Shown here piece by piece: positions 11,401-28,094 of a stretch of DNA of 64,000 bases. Below the pieces are notes generated by a model that saw nothing but the letters and a program-made list of their open reading frames with translations, searched no databases and was not told the DNA's origin. Made by a program: the position numbers and the translations under genes. Position 1 is the first letter of the stretch. Each line of letters starts with the position of its first letter. Origin of the DNA: Tubulanus polymorphus (lineage: Eukaryota; Animalia; Nemertea); NCBI RefSeq assembly GCF_964204645.1, contig NC_134026.1, positions 1,883,950-1,947,949 of the forward strand, read 5' to 3'.

Positions 11401-14400
11401 AATCTTATGACTCGTAAAATTTCACAGTTGCTTTGATCAGCAGATAAACAAACATACGGAATTCAAAGCAATAATATCTCATACAAAGTTCACGATTTGA
11501 AAATGATCTTTACAACAACGATATACAACTAACACCAATAATAATGCATATGAATTTGTTCAATGTACGCATGGTCATTGAAAAATCAGATAAATTTCTG
11601 AAATAAATTTTTCTGATATCATTGTCATTGAAAAAAAAAACGTTTTCTTATAAACTTTAAATAATGCTATAGAAATTTCTACTTATAGAATAGATATTTA
11701 ATACATGTAATAGTAAATGACATGTTGAACATGCAGAACAAACTGACTCATGACAATGATATAAGACTTCTGTTCATGCCTCTAAAATGTGTTAGAAATA
11801 AATTGATTTTGTGCTCGGAATACCTAATGTCCTATCACTAGGACGACGAGATTTTGGTCTCAGAACATTTTGCCGAGAATTATGCACGGCATCAGGATCA
11901 CCGGCTAAAATGTGAAATTATTCGTTGAGAATGTTAGTAAGATTATCAGTTCGTGAAAGATAGAAGATTGTGTTTTTACATTACGTTACACATTTACCTA
12001 TAGATTTCAATGTTTCACCCATATCAGCTGTTTCTGCCAAAGGAATGAACCATTTAACCTCAAACGTACATTTATTCCTAGATTTTGAATAGATACAAGT
12101 TTAGATTTTAGATTTTCAGCATTTCAAAAGATGTGGTTGAGATAAGTAGGGCTACTACGTACTGTTTCCCTTGTTTGGGCTTCGCGCATACAAGAACATC
12201 ACTGAATAAGAAGAGATGTCGCAATTTACGAGAACCGTGCACTTGTTCAACCATCAAACTGTTTCTGACAAGAATTCTCTCATTACCAATTGGCTGCAAC
12301 AACAAATATATCAGAGTTTAAGTAGCGAGCAATAAAAAGGGATTTATATAACTATTTTTGACAAGATTAACATACCCTTTCAGGGCTCTGACTTTCGGGT
12401 AAAAACACATCAACTTCTTCGAGGAAATTTCCAATTAATTTCATCGAGCTTTCAAGTTCTTTACGATCTGGATGATTGACAGGTGTCTGTTTCAGTAAAT
12501 CCTAAAAACAAAGACAAATTATTTGCGCTTTTATACTTTACTAATTATAAACGCCAGCAAATGGGTGGGCTAATTCAATATACCTTGAGTGTCAGTGAAT
12601 TCCTTTGAAGTCGCACAACAGGTTTGAAAAGTAAATCTAAAAATAAATGATTACCAGGGTACTTTTTAACTTCAGTTTTGTTGAACTAGAAATGTGACTT
12701 ATGTAGTGTCTTTTTTTGAACGTATCTAATGAAACAGAGCATTTTTAGTCACATTTGCTGCTGGCTTTTTACAAACCTCTTAATGTTTCCTTTTCCTCAC
12801 GATCACCTTTAACTGTTACTTCCTAAATATCATAAAATCATGATTATATAAATGTTGAACACAACAGAAAAGCTAACCATTGAAAACCTGTTGTTGATAT
12901 GATTCTAAAACCGTAATTACCTCAGCAATACTTCGGAATATTTCATTTTCAATAACAAGTCTATCGACTTCACTCACAGCTGTATGATAATTTTTGACAT
13001 ATGATTTTACAATTTCTAATTCAAACAAAACCTAACATGGAAAGAAAGAGAACAAAAGCTTAATTCAGTTGTTTATGCATCTTTGATATCAGATGTTTGA
13101 ATGTGAAATTACCAATTCTTTAATCGGGGCAGCAACAACTTGTTGCAGTGTCCAATCCTTCAACTGATTTTCTAGATTTTCAGCAAACTTGCGATGAAGT
13201 TCGTAAAGTGTAGGAATGCCATAGAATATAATCTTAATCTGTTCTTGCGTAATCACGGGATTAGTTGTAGTGGCCAGAGAATTTTGATACTAGAAAGTAA
13301 AACATTTCATGATCAACTGAAATACTGAATGTTGAGCAAGTGAGCTGTATCAGGAGACAAGCAGTTAAGCAAGTACCTGTAAAAGTGTCCTCAGGCAATC
13401 TAGATACTGAGACTCACTGTCTAATAGCTGAGTCACAATAATCTTTCTTATATCAACACTTTCAACTTGTGTTTCTGGCGTTTCTTGCTCCACCAACTAG
13501 GAAATAGATTAAAGGCAAATACATGTTCAGGGCATTTGTTCATTTGAATTCATGTTATCTCAAACAAAATAACGAGGGTACCCTGCTATATTCTATCAGT
13601 AAATCTTAGAATAATTTTACATGTATATTCCAAATTGATCTCAAATGCATACAGAGAATTCGTGTAAATGGTGGAATGATTTTATGCAGTCAATTCTATT
13701 GAGGAAGTTTATGTTAACAGCAAGTACATGTAAACAGTTTTCAGGAAGTAAATGATTCAACGTACCAGTATGAAATACATATAATTTCTACTAGACCATT
13801 CATAATTCGAGTTATTTCAAATGTAGATATTAATAGAACAGGAATATATTTCGTATTGTTAAATCTATTCGATAATGAATAAACAATTTTTGATTGGTAC
13901 TAACAACTCGTTCTGTTGGCGCATCCAATTCATCGGGATCTTGATAAAAACTCTCCTCATCAGTTGGTTTCATAGTATTCATCATCGATTGTAAAACATC
14001 TATCGATTCTGTACTATCACATCTTTCTGAAATGATATATTGATATTAACATATCATATAGATACAGCAGTTGATTTAAATAATTCAAGTAGGAACACAC
14101 TTAAACTAAGCTCAGCAGTGTCCATTGATATTTGATTAATTAAACTGGAGACTGTTACCTAGTTGTATATTCAAACACTGAAGAATAGCCGAATAACCAC
14201 ATTCAGATGTGGAGAATAGATAATGAAATTTAAACCCACGATAAACACAATAAAAAGAATGAAAATAAAAAACACGACATTTTGAAGTCGCTTTTAGAGA
14301 CCATCATCAGGTGGATTATGGTTTGTTTTAATGAAGAGTTACCTGCGTCCGATTCTGCTAAATTTGTACAATCGACGCTCAATCTTTGATGAAGCGTCTG

Positions 14401-15852
14401 GGGAACTTTTCCGCATTTCAACTTTTCTCGTTTGCGATTTCGTATTTGACTACGGTCGACGTACAGCATCGATGGATCGATCTCTTCTTTTGTTTTCTTC
14501 GACAACAAATGGAGACTAGCGTACATAGAATAGATTTCATCGTCATCGTCATCATCATCAGTAGATAAACATTCCGCATTAACGGCTGCAGCAATTTCCA
14601 TATCTGATACATTATCGTAGAGATCGTTCTCTACTATTTTAGCGTTGTAAACAGTAAATGCGTTTGACGCTGCTAACATCGGAGATTGGTCATTGGGGTC
14701 GGGCGTCTCGGAGACGTCAGTTTCCGTCGAAATACAAGAATCGCGTTCAGCAAATACCGGGTTGACGCAGCTATAGATATCCTCCTCGTCCTCCTCTTCT
14801 TCTTTGTCGTCATCGGGTTTCTGCGCGACCTCGCTGTTGCAGATAGCTTCGATATCTTCGTAAAGATCGATGTCATTCGGATCCGGCTGCGGATCGACGT
14901 CGGGTAAATCTTCGTAAATGTGACGCGACTGGATTAATCCGGATTGATCAGACAACCTACTCGACCGATTCGCCGCCGCTGCATCAGAGCCCGAATCTTC
15001 GCATGATTCAGATGCTTCAGACGACAGGACACTTCTGTGTTTGATCGAACGTTTCAAATCATACAAAAGTTCGTCATCAGCGCTATTTCTTTGAATCATG
15101 CTCTTTTTCGTTTTTTCAGAAGTTTTTTCAGCGCATTGTTGTTCCGTAGTGATGTCTATTGCCTCCTCTGAATTATGCTTCTCGGATTTCAATTTCGAAA
15201 ACATTTGTTTCATTCCTTTATTACTCAATAGCTTTGGTTTTGGTTTCACAGCTGGAGGTTTAGCGCTAGCACTTCTTTTCATAACAGCGTAATCACCATT
15301 TTCAACGGGAATTCTGCTTTCTTGATTATCAGACTTTGATTCAAGCGACAGAGACAGATGTCCCGTAAGCGAATTTTCCATCGTGGATCTTGGTCTCGGT
15401 AATCTCGGAGCACTATTGTTCATATCTAGTCGATCATGGTTTATGCTCGAGGACAGGTTTTGGTGGTTTGCGTATTTTGTAATTCCGTCGGATGTACTCC
15501 GCAAGCGTCTGTCTTCTTCATTTTGTCCTGTTTCATTCAGATCTGTAGAAGCACTTTTTGACTTGGTTTTTGCTAATTGCAGCATATTATTCATTGACTC
15601 CAATTGCCGGATTATGAATTGCTCTTTCCGTTGTTCTGTCCGATGCTTCATAAGTGACTTCTGTAATTTCTGTTCAAGTTTCGTGGTTTTTGAAATCATA
15701 GCCGGACCGGAGCGAAGATCGTGGTCACTGATAACGTTTTGTAAATGCGTTTGACAATGTCGGATGATGTCAATCGCTTCCTTCGGTAAATCGGCATCCG
15801 GAAAATCATTCTTCCAAGCTTTCGTAAATTCTGTGACAATATTGACTTCCAT
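8410..15852 (-). CDS. BCR: BCR/ABR-family RhoGEF(DH)-PH-C2-RhoGAP protein, many exons; first exon 15852-14343
   Basis: N-terminus EFTKAWKNDFPDADLP...EQRKEQFIIRQLE resembles the BCR oligomerisation domain. DH exons (IVTQLLDSESQYLDCL), PH (RKLRHLFLFSDVLVCAK), C2 (YCTLEVDSFGQF...PYWNQ) and RhoGAP (DINAVTGLIKLYFRELPE, NKMTTQNLATVFGPTLLRP) follow in order. Probably the single pro-orthologue of BCR and ABR. Confidence 0.93.
9218..9373. mobile_element. Tc1/mariner (pogo/Tigger-like) MITE in a BCR intron
   Basis: TIRs CAGTGAACCCCCGATATACCG and CGGTATATCGGGGGTTGACTG (1 mismatch). Right flank TA, left flank CA (possibly a mutated TA). CAGT ends with a TA target fit this superfamily. Confidence 0.75.
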
Positions 15853-16220
15853 TATGAATATGAATACCTTTAGTCACTCAAACCGAGAAATATTTTCGTG
15901 ACAATTAATTAGTCACCGACCATTTTCTACCCAATTTTCGAATTCCAGCAACAGCAATCCCACCCATTTTTATATTATTGATTATGGCGTTCAACGATAA
16001 TAGTTACATCTCATCACAGCGATATATTTCACTTTTTCTTGTTGCCACCAGTTTCTCTTTTTCACTTGAGTTGTTGTGTTAGAAATGAAATCAACAAAAT
16101 ATAAATAACAATCTTAAACTTCCTGGTTGATGATTTCCGGGTTTCCTCGAATGACGTCATTAAAGAGCCTTTGAATGACGTCATCGCAAAGATCGGCGGC
16201 GAAGCGACGAAACACCAGCA
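15853..16220. promoter_or_regulatory. Bidirectional promoter BCR/XYLB with two palindromic CRE sites
   Basis: Head-to-head starts about 370 bp apart. ATGACGTCAT at 16151-16160 and 16175-16184; ETS-like TTCCGG near 16135. Confidence 0.6.
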
Positions 16221-19407
<3,187 letters not shown>

Positions 19408-19707
19408 ACTTTATGTCTCTCTAGTCTCTGGTCATGATACCCAGTTCTCTTTAATCTCGTGATATAGTATAGAAATATATAGGAACAAAATAATTACATC
19501 ATTCCATAATGTTATAGAAGTATTTGTTGCAGCTGATATCAATTATTTGTGCAAATATTTGTCGATTGGTGCTATAGTAGGGGCCTTGTACTGTTTAATG
19601 CACATGGGGCTTAATGTGGGTAGAATGCGTATATGTATGCAAATGTAATTGTGAGTCAATAAATTTATTCTGCTTTTAAAAATGAAACATTTATTTTATT
19701 TTTTTTT

Positions 19708-19742
19708 TGGTGTGCGAAATGTGGGATTCGAACCCACATGCA
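19708..19742 (-). other. Isolated tRNA T-arm/B-box fragment followed by an A-rich tract (tRNA-derived SINE remnant, not a full tRNA)
   Basis: The minus strand reads GTGGG-TTCGAAT-CCCAC...CACCA then an A-run. No matching acceptor 5' strand or D-arm is visible upstream. Confidence 0.4.
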
Positions 19743-19860
19743 CTGGCGCTTATCAGCTGATTATGACAGTTCTAGGAATTGAGGTGGAGATAAACAAAAA
19801 GTCTGTGCTGCACAGTACTTGCACTACGGGGATCTACAGTGGACTCCAACAAGCTGAACG

Positions 19861-22838
19861 ATGGCTCTTGACCCTACTGCCTGTAAGCTATTCAAATAAT
19901 TGTGTTTATTTACGGTATATTGTCAAAGTGTACTAATTACAATCTTTTAGATAATAAAACACTAGTCTGAATACCAGTCGTTGTTACGGTTCCGTTTCTT
20001 GTTTCAGGAACAACGGCTAGGTACTAGACTAATGAAACACTAGATGCATCACTGGCATTGGCAATAACATTCTCCTGGTTAATAATTTCTTGATTTTTTA
20101 GAAGCATTATTGATGGTAATTGCTAACTATTTTTAAATCTTATTTTCACAGGTGGATATCGTTTCTTGGTCCTATTTTTCAACTGCATGTTGACATTTGG
20201 ATCTTATTTTTGTTTTGATATGCCAAGTGTTTTACAATCAGTATTTCAAGGAGTAAGTATTCGAATATTGATATTGTTTTGTAGTTCCTCTTCTGATACT
20301 GCAGTTACCTCTTCAATGCTCATTATCTCTGTGCTTAGTATCTACATACATTTCCTGATGGAAATATTCTACCTTTATTTCCAGAATTATACCGATAACT
20401 GTCCTCAAAACGAAACTAATGCTACTTGCTGTACTGATTGTTTAGCTTTGAGCCCCAGTGACTACAATTTACTGTATGCCATTTATGCATGGACGTAAGT
20501 TAGAAATATTGAATAAGCTTGATCGTACTGGTGAATGTGTACACACTGGACAAAAATTCATTGCTTGGTTCATTTGAAGATGAAGGCTTGATCGAGAATT
20601 GGTTAATTAAAAATTCATTTATAAGCTTGAGGGTCAAATCTTAACTCATAACTTTGAACCAGACTCCTTCATGTATATAAGATAATGACAACAGAAAATT
20701 TGTGGAAAGGAGCTTGCATCTTAAGAAACACAGTCTGGTTACTGGCAGTTATGGTACCATTTGTTCTTAGCACTTTCACTTTCAAGTGGTCACAATCTTT
20801 TAGTGGTGAGGCTACGCAACATGCTGTTTTTGCTTCAGTAATGCTTTGGTTGTTATTGGTGCTGGTTTCCTCATTGATAAACTAGGTAACAGGGGTAAGT
20901 TATATCATCCCGGTTACGTTTGTATCTCATAAATTAAATCACACATTGAACTTTACTATTCTCTGCTCTTATTACAGTTGGTGTCTTCCTATTTTCCTTC
21001 CTCTGTGTTGTTGGATCGTCCACTTTTGCCGCAGGTCCATTTCTTCGAGGCACAAATTATATTCTACCAGTGATGCTGATTGGGCGGCTTCTATTTGGAT
21101 CAGGAAATGGAGCATTGACTAGTCAGTATTTCAAACATTTTACAATCCCCAAAATCATTTATTCATAACTGGTATTGTTCAGTTTATAAACTATTTTTTC
21201 TCATCCTTTCAGTTGTACAGAATCGAATTACAGCATTTTGGTTCCGAGACAAAGAACTCGCGATGGCATTTGGTATAACATTAGCATTCTCTCGACTTGG
21301 AAGTGTCCTCAACTTTTTCCTTACTGAAACCTTTGAACAAACATTTGGACTGAAATGGACTTTATGGTTTGGTGAGAATAACATATACTTTGTATCCACA
21401 TTTGTGCAAATCAGTCAACACTGAAAGATTAGACTGACTGTTTGTTTACAGGTGCTATGTTGTGTGGTCTTGGATTTTTGTCCGCCATTGCTGTTAGTTC
21501 ATTAGACAAATGGGGAATGCATCAGCTCGGAGAGGACCGACAACAAAGTGTCGAGTCTAAAAAGTTGGTAAGATAGAAAAAATCCACATTATATTCATCT
21601 AGTTGAAAATTGTTCTCAGTTTTGGTGACTGCTTTTTGGTGACTAACTTCATTCTTCATTTTAGAAAGTGACAGATATAAAGCGTTTTTCACTATCATTC
21701 TGGTTGGTCGCTTTGTCAATCATGTTTTTCTACAATGGAGTTTTCCCATTTGTAGCTGATGCAAGGTACATAAACTGACTATAACATTTATGATACATGT
21801 ACAATATGTATACAATAAAATGTTGTATATTTTTCTAATTGTAGCAAATTCATCTCTGATAAGTACGGATTAGACCCTAAACCATCCAGTTATTTGGCTG
21901 GAGCAGTCTATGATGTGTCAATGATACTTTCTCCCTTCCTCGGTGGAATGATTGTAAGCATGGCCTAAGACACATTCGATGGGAATTGATTAAACGAATA
22001 AGTAAACAATTCTCTTTCTGTCTACCGTATTTAGGATGTGATTGGAAAGCGTGGTGTTCTATCCCTATTATGCGCCGTTCTGACCATACCAGTCTTTGGA
22101 ATTTTGGCCTTCACTTATGTCTATCCATTAGTAGCTACGTTGTGGTTGGGCATTACTTATTCATTTGCAGCGGTAAGATTGACATTTATGAAATTTGACA
22201 AAATCCAATTTCTAAATCAAAGAAATAGAAATGCAAGTAATAGGTTAACAATGATTTCAGGCAAGTATGTGGCCATCAATACCCCTGGTAGTCAGTCAAG
22301 CAACTATTGGCACAGCTATGGGTATAACCACATCCATTCAAATGATCGGTATTGGAATATCCAACGTCATTGTTGGTCAAATTCTTGGCAATGACCAGGA
22401 GGACAAGTAAGTATTTACAGTACCTCGGCAGTTTCAGGAATATCTCATTACAAACTGATGTGTATTTGATTCGATGTTTCATTTCAGAATTTTGCCAGAA
22501 GAAAAACTTCTGAAATGGAAGTACGTGATGATCTACCTATTAGGAAATGTCCTGGCTTGTGTTGCAGTTACGACATTCTTGAATGTCAATGACAAACGAA
22601 AGGTAGTAAAATATTCGTAAATGCTACCGCTATAAAAGGTATTCATTTTGATGACAATGACACAGTTTAAATTCTCATATTTTAGGGAGGCATCCTGAAT
22701 CAAAGTAGACGACTTAAGTTGTTACGTGAACGAGAAGAGTTTATGAGACGACAGTCCGATGAATACTACTCAGATGAGGAACAAGGGGCAGAAACTGATC
22801 CACTTTTACCAGACTCCAGGAGAAATTACATAAATTAA
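19861..22838 (+). CDS. MFSD1: MFSD1-family lysosomal major facilitator transporter, multi-exon
   Basis: Micro first exon ATGGCTCTTGACCCTACTGCCT|gtaag joins exon 20152 to give MALDPTACGYRFLVLFFNCMLTFGSYFCFDMPSVLQ. Later peptides: YNLLYAIYAWT, GFLIDKLGNR, GRLLFGSGNG, WFRDKELAMAFG, FYNGVFPFVADA, SMWPSIPLVV. C-terminal ETDPLL fits the [DE]xxxLL lysosomal sorting motif. Stop at 22836-22838. Confidence 0.92.
19963..20031. mobile_element. Small foldback element in MFSD1 intron 1
   Basis: Imperfect inverted arms TAGTCT-gaatacc-AGTCGTTGTT ... AACAACGGCT-aggtact-AGACTA, with direct repeat AAACACTAG at 19957-19965 and 20035-20043. Confidence 0.5.
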
Positions 22839-23247
22839 AAGACGTTCCTTTTTAATCTACAGTATAGGCCTTTAAAACTTACATATCCAATGTAAAAATA
22901 ATTGTATCCAGTTTAACCATAATCATTTTACTCATGCTCAAACGTTAAATGTTTATTGTAATATTCAGTATGCATTCATGGATGCTTTAATTGCTCAATG
23001 ATTTATGTAGATTTTATGGTCAAATTATGATTTTTTTAAGAAATAAATTTTTAAAATATTATATATCATAATCCATCAGAGTTCAAGTCTTTTATCAACA
23101 TTCTAGTTGAGGATGATGACAATGTTACAGAATGAACTGAAATGTAGGAGACATTGGTAAAGCTTCTTCTTGGATAAAATCACGAACAGACTAGACAGAA
23201 AAGAGACTATCGCATCCAGTAAATATGAACTTGGACAAATATTTCAT

Positions 23248-26108
23248 CTACGTACATGCAATTTTATTAAGTCTGTCACATACATCGGACGCTTTCTCTT
23301 TACTATTTTCAATTTTAGCTATTCTTGACCCAAACTGTATAGCTCGTTTAGGTAAAATAGACGTCTGTTGTAGACCTAATCGTAATGCAGCTAAACGCAG
23401 AAGATATTTTTCTCCAAAACCTCTTGGAAGATTGAGATTCATCTAGAAATGAAAGGATTTCATATGCATTCATATTTGCCATTGATTTAAACGCTTAATA
23501 AACCATGGTACATGTGTTCAAATCACCTTTTTCCAAACTGCAAGACTATTTAGAAATGAGACAACGTCTTCATCTAAGAATGGAAATCTTGATTCCCGTG
23601 CGTGATCAGTGATGATTCTATCATCACGTCCCAGGTTTCGAGATGAAATGCGATCAATTTCCATTTCTATTTCATCGATTAAACCTTTCCAATTATCCTT
23701 TCTGAAACATCAGTCGAAATGTACATCGATAACCTATGAACAACTAGTAAAGAATCAGTCAAAATGACGAACTTACTGATAAATTCCTCTATGTCTTGAG
23801 TACCCTCCTAGTTGTTCATCAGCACCCATACCAACGAGTACTACCCTAGCTGGACTAGTATATTCCTCTTGATTAAGCAGGCCGTATCCTCTAGCAGCAA
23901 ACCATATAGCACAACCAATACTATCATCTAAAACAGTCTTCAGTGGATAGACTAGATCACTTATACAATTCACTCTGAAAGATATGACTTCATAATTCAA
24001 ACCTCGCGCTTTATCAAAGTACAATTTACACACATAAAAATTTTGACAAACCTTCGTTTTTGAAGTTCCTCAACAGTAACATTTATCTGAAGAAGTAAGA
24101 AATGCAATATCGAAGAGACTAGGCTGCACGTGTAAGCTATATTAATGTATACTTGCTAATACAGATTACCTCGATGAAATTCCATTTTCTTGCAGGATTT
24201 AATTTCTTCAGTTCCTCTAAGCCTGATAAACCAGTCAGTCTGTCTGGTACAGCGTATGGATCGCATGGTCTGCAAATCATGGACAAAATTAATCCTCGAT
24301 TTCGAAAATGAATCATCGAATAATTCTTCAGAAGAGTAAAATACTTACATGTCTTCATTCTTCTGCTTACTGCGTGTGCATTTATTAAAAGAATTGGTTT
24401 TAGCTTGTAGTTGAAACGCTACGTTGAGCAGATCTATTGGTTGATCGGGTGGCACATGTCTGTAAGGTAAAACAAATTCCCCCTTTAGCTGTTAACTTAT
24501 ATTGTGATGCAAGAATTAGGCATACTCTCACAAGATGTAATTACCGATCAGCTAAAGCAGCGATCATCATTGAATCAATACCACCAGAAAATAAGACAGC
24601 TAATCTCGCATGATCACATCGTTTTGAGTCGGTGAAATTGAGAGAATCGCAATGATTTGATTCTGATAGAATTTCCTTTAAACAGTTACTACACAGTAAT
24701 GGCTGTTCAGACACTCGTATCTCAATCGCTCGACTCAAAATGTTTACTAAATCATCAGCAAGTTTTATCATTTCATCGGATGCAGATTTGAAGAGATTTT
24801 CAGAATCGCTGCATTCTAAAATACCGGTCAGATCATTCATTGTGGGATTCAATCTATTGAATGGATGAATATGCAGTGGAACTGTCAGTTTTTCGTATAT
24901 TAATTCACTTGGAGATACAGTAGACCCATGCACAGGTTCTACCCGAGTAGATTCACATTTCCTCCACGGAAACAAATGAACTTTCATATCGCTGTCCAAA
25001 TAATAAATCCCATCAACAGGAATTTCTTCCCAATCCTGAAATTGACAAAGCGTTAATTCTAAGTTAATGAATTCCAAGTAAAAAGTGTAATCGAAGTGAA
25101 AAGGTCTCTTATACAAACCCAAGAACCAACTTTAATAGAACTAAGAATGAAGCAATCATGATTGTCTACCGGACGGTGCCACAATAGACATCTCCGGCCA
25201 AAATAATCTCTTCCAAACCAAATTCTTTTTAATTCTGCCTTAAAAACAAGAGAAAATACCTTATCATATCATTTAAAGACACTTGCTGTCGGGAACAAAT
25301 ATATATCTTAATATAAGTTAAAGTTTAAGTTACCGGGATCAAGTCTCAATTTTACCTGGTAATAAATGAACGACCAGGGGCCTTTTATTAAACCGAATAT
25401 CTCCAGTATTTCACCGTCTGATTTACAATGAGACAACATTTCAAACAAAACTTTGGTATCATTTTGTTCTGCGGGAATCTACAAAATCAAATGTGTACTG
25501 TATTTATGAGTCAGAGATCCAGTGTTCTAGGATTGAATGTTAATTGCACTGCAATAGTCGTACCTGAATTCCACCAAATATTTCTCCATTCCATAGAAGC
25601 GTGTTGCCTTTTCCATCAGATATTGGTTGTGAAGTCAGAGGGCCGCGGAAATGTAACACACAGCCGTACATAAACAGTTTTAAACCATCTTGACCACTCG
25701 CATCAATATTATTGCAACTGTCTTGTCGATCTGGTCCCCTGTGCGGCAGTCGTGAATTTCTTATAACTTGTAAAATTTCATCAGTCTAAAAGAAAGAATA
25801 ATCATAAGCCTTCTGCTACTAACAGGCAACAATATTGTTTTTAGGTAAGTGTACGTGAATTCACAGGGGCCAGACTACTGGGATCAAAAACTTGTTTCCG
25901 TCAGATGAGAGGTCTTGTTTGGTTGTGTCGTGGTGAAATGTAACTTCATTTTCAACTCCTTTTGTAAATGTAAGAAAATTAAAAACTCATGAAATTTGGT
26001 GAACTGTTCTCGATCTACAAAACATGAATCAATATCTAATAATGAATCTGAACTCACTGAATGCGTATTGTCATTTTCAGGAATTAACAATGAGAAAATA
26101 CCACACAT
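23248..26108 (-). CDS. ASNSD1: Asparagine synthetase domain-containing protein 1, multi-exon
   Basis: Exon 1 [17 protein letters not shown]|gtgagt (26108-26058), then [104 protein letters not shown]. Confidence 0.95.
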
Positions 26109-26542
26109 TGTATGAACAAAATTGATAGTAATCGTATCTAAAAAAATCTTCGCTCCGCGACCTTGAAATTACTAGTGTAAAGAAGCAGCGCTGAGTATGA
26201 ATGAATGGTGACGTCACTACCGCGCTTCCCACGATCGACGACGCAAGCCCTTTCCAAGCATAGCGCCTTAGCGGATCTCACCAGCGCCATAGCGCATTTT
26301 AGGTCAACGTCATACGACTTTTATACGAGTTACTAATACATTTCCTTGGTCCAAAAAAACTTCGAAATTATTTGGAAGCGTCATGATTTTAGACTTTCGT
26401 ACATTAAACAGGTCTTCTTGAAAGTTCAAGAAACTTGAACCGCAAAACGAATAGACCTAATTAGATTGGTAAAGAGCTTGGTTTTCATAAGAATAAATTC
26501 GTTGAATAATGTGTAGAATATAAAAACCCAATCTAATCGAAA

Positions 26543-26700
26543 AGTATACAGAACAGAGAAGCCGGTGGCCGCTCTAGCCATAGAGTTCTGATGCCCTGAG
26601 CCGCTGCCGATATGCAATAGAGTTGGTTGCCGGTCACCACGAATGGACAGGCAACCAGTCTAGCGGCGGCTCGGCCGGCAATCCCGATCTGGCGTATACT
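26543..26700 (+). ncRNA. Candidate structured non-coding element (family not recognised)
   Basis: GC-rich island with nested complementary segments: GCCGG 26561-65/CCGGC 26675-79; CTCTA 26572-76/TAGAG 26581-85; GAGCCGCTGC 26598-607/GCGGCGGCTC 26663-72; TGGTTGCC 26624-31/GGCAACCA 26650-57. G-U pairs work on the + strand. Confidence 0.3.
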
Positions 26701-27899
26701 ATGACGTAGTACTTCTTCTTGAATCCCGGCCAACATCAACCAAAATTGTTGCTTGTTTACATTCTTCGGGAATCCCGTAACACTAAATCACACAAAATGG
26801 AATTACAATGAATAAATCATGGACATTGGACTCGGGACGAACTTGAGTCTCGCATCGCCGGCTCGTTTCACTGAGTCGCGCCGGTCCTTGGAAGGTATAA
26901 GAGGTGGCTGCCGTCCAGGACAGGCTTAGCCCATAGTCAAAACAATTTAAAACAAATTATTTATTGTTCATTTATTTTAGAAACAATTTGTATGTTGTAA
27001 AATAAGACTGGATTTTCAGAAAAAGGCAAGGCTTGTCGGTGACTGACGAAAAAGGAATGTTAGAATAAATGTAGTAGTTGGTTAATAAAGAACTAAAGTT
27101 AAAAATATAACTACGTTAAATACAGGTATTTGAAAATACAACACACAATATGCTACGAATATGACAGCTTGAACTGGATTCCCTAAAGAGGATTATAGAT
27201 TGATAAGTAAATTATGGCGTTTCATCTTTGATTAGAAAATATTCAAACTTTTACTTTATTCTATTGTCTGACTAATTTGATTCCAAAGTTTAAGACCCTC
27301 TCCTCTTCAAGCTCAAGTGTAGCCTGTTCATCAAAATTCGCCATTATGGTTATTAGAAATAGGCATATAATGCCTCCCGTTGGTTGTAACCGATACGATG
27401 GTTTCATTTAAAAACCCATATGCCAGAACAAAAAGTTTAGGACCCTTTAAGATTTTCGTACGTTAGTATTTCTATTAACGACAAAATGGAGATAAGTCCT
27501 CGATGATGATTATGAATTGACGCATTTAACTCAAAAAGATCAGCGAACGTGCGAGGTAGAAGGTTGTGTGAATATTGACAATGATACAGCTACCCGAGAC
27601 AAATTATCAATGCCGAGAGCCAACGGGTGAAAGGACATGAATTCACAGAAGGTCATATGTCATTCTAAAAAGCCTTTTTATTATTAGGAAAACGAATAAC
27701 TACAAGCAAGGTTGACAGTTTACAATTTACCGATACTACTTAGTCGGAATGTGATATAGTTTGCGAGCTCATTTCCGACAAGATCACACTGTATGTTTTT
27801 CATTTCCCATGTATTAAGTTTTGTCATCACCCAAGTTAAGCGTTGCACAAAAACCGCTCCTGTCAAATTAGAAAATCCCTGTCCAATACAACGCTCAAA

Positions 27900-28094
27900 G
27901 TCCAGCTGCACCAGTCCTACGAGCAATTAATTGCTCGTAGATCAGTCGTACTTAAGTCCATAAGTGATCTTACATTTTAAGACGATATAGTCTCAATCAG
28001 TTTGCCACATAAAAGTGGTCTCAGTAACGTTGTTAAATTGGCCACATAACTAAGTTGGTATTAGATTAATATTTAATGACTGTGCAACTGGCCC
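27900..28094. mobile_element. Degenerate MITE (possibly PIF/Harbinger-like) with an internal perfect 24-bp palindrome
   Basis: Imperfect TIRs GTCCAGCTGCACCAGTC and GACTGTGCAACTGGCCC. Palindrome CTACGAGCAATT-AATTGCTCGTAG at 27917-27940. Confidence 0.5.

Noticed and set aside
14096-14210. Extra micro-exons or an alternative first exon in BCR intron 1
   Set aside because: Candidate AG/GT pairs give inconsistent phases or an impossible 14-nt intron, while exon 1 splices in frame directly to the exon near 14026.
19700-19800. tRNA gene
   Set aside because: Only a T-arm is present; no acceptor-stem partner, D-arm or anticodon arm can be built.
26109-26740. ASDURF-like upstream ORF, known 5' of human ASNSD1
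   Set aside because: The minus-strand ORFs at 26426-26617 and 26533-26739 show no resemblance to the ASDURF sequence as I recall it (VYRQQ-NSNIFF core) and have no convincing splice path.
27497-27630. Protein-like fragment VLDDDYELTHLTQKDQRTCEVEGC...
   Set aside because: Preceded by an in-frame stop with no good acceptor or start, and too short to support.
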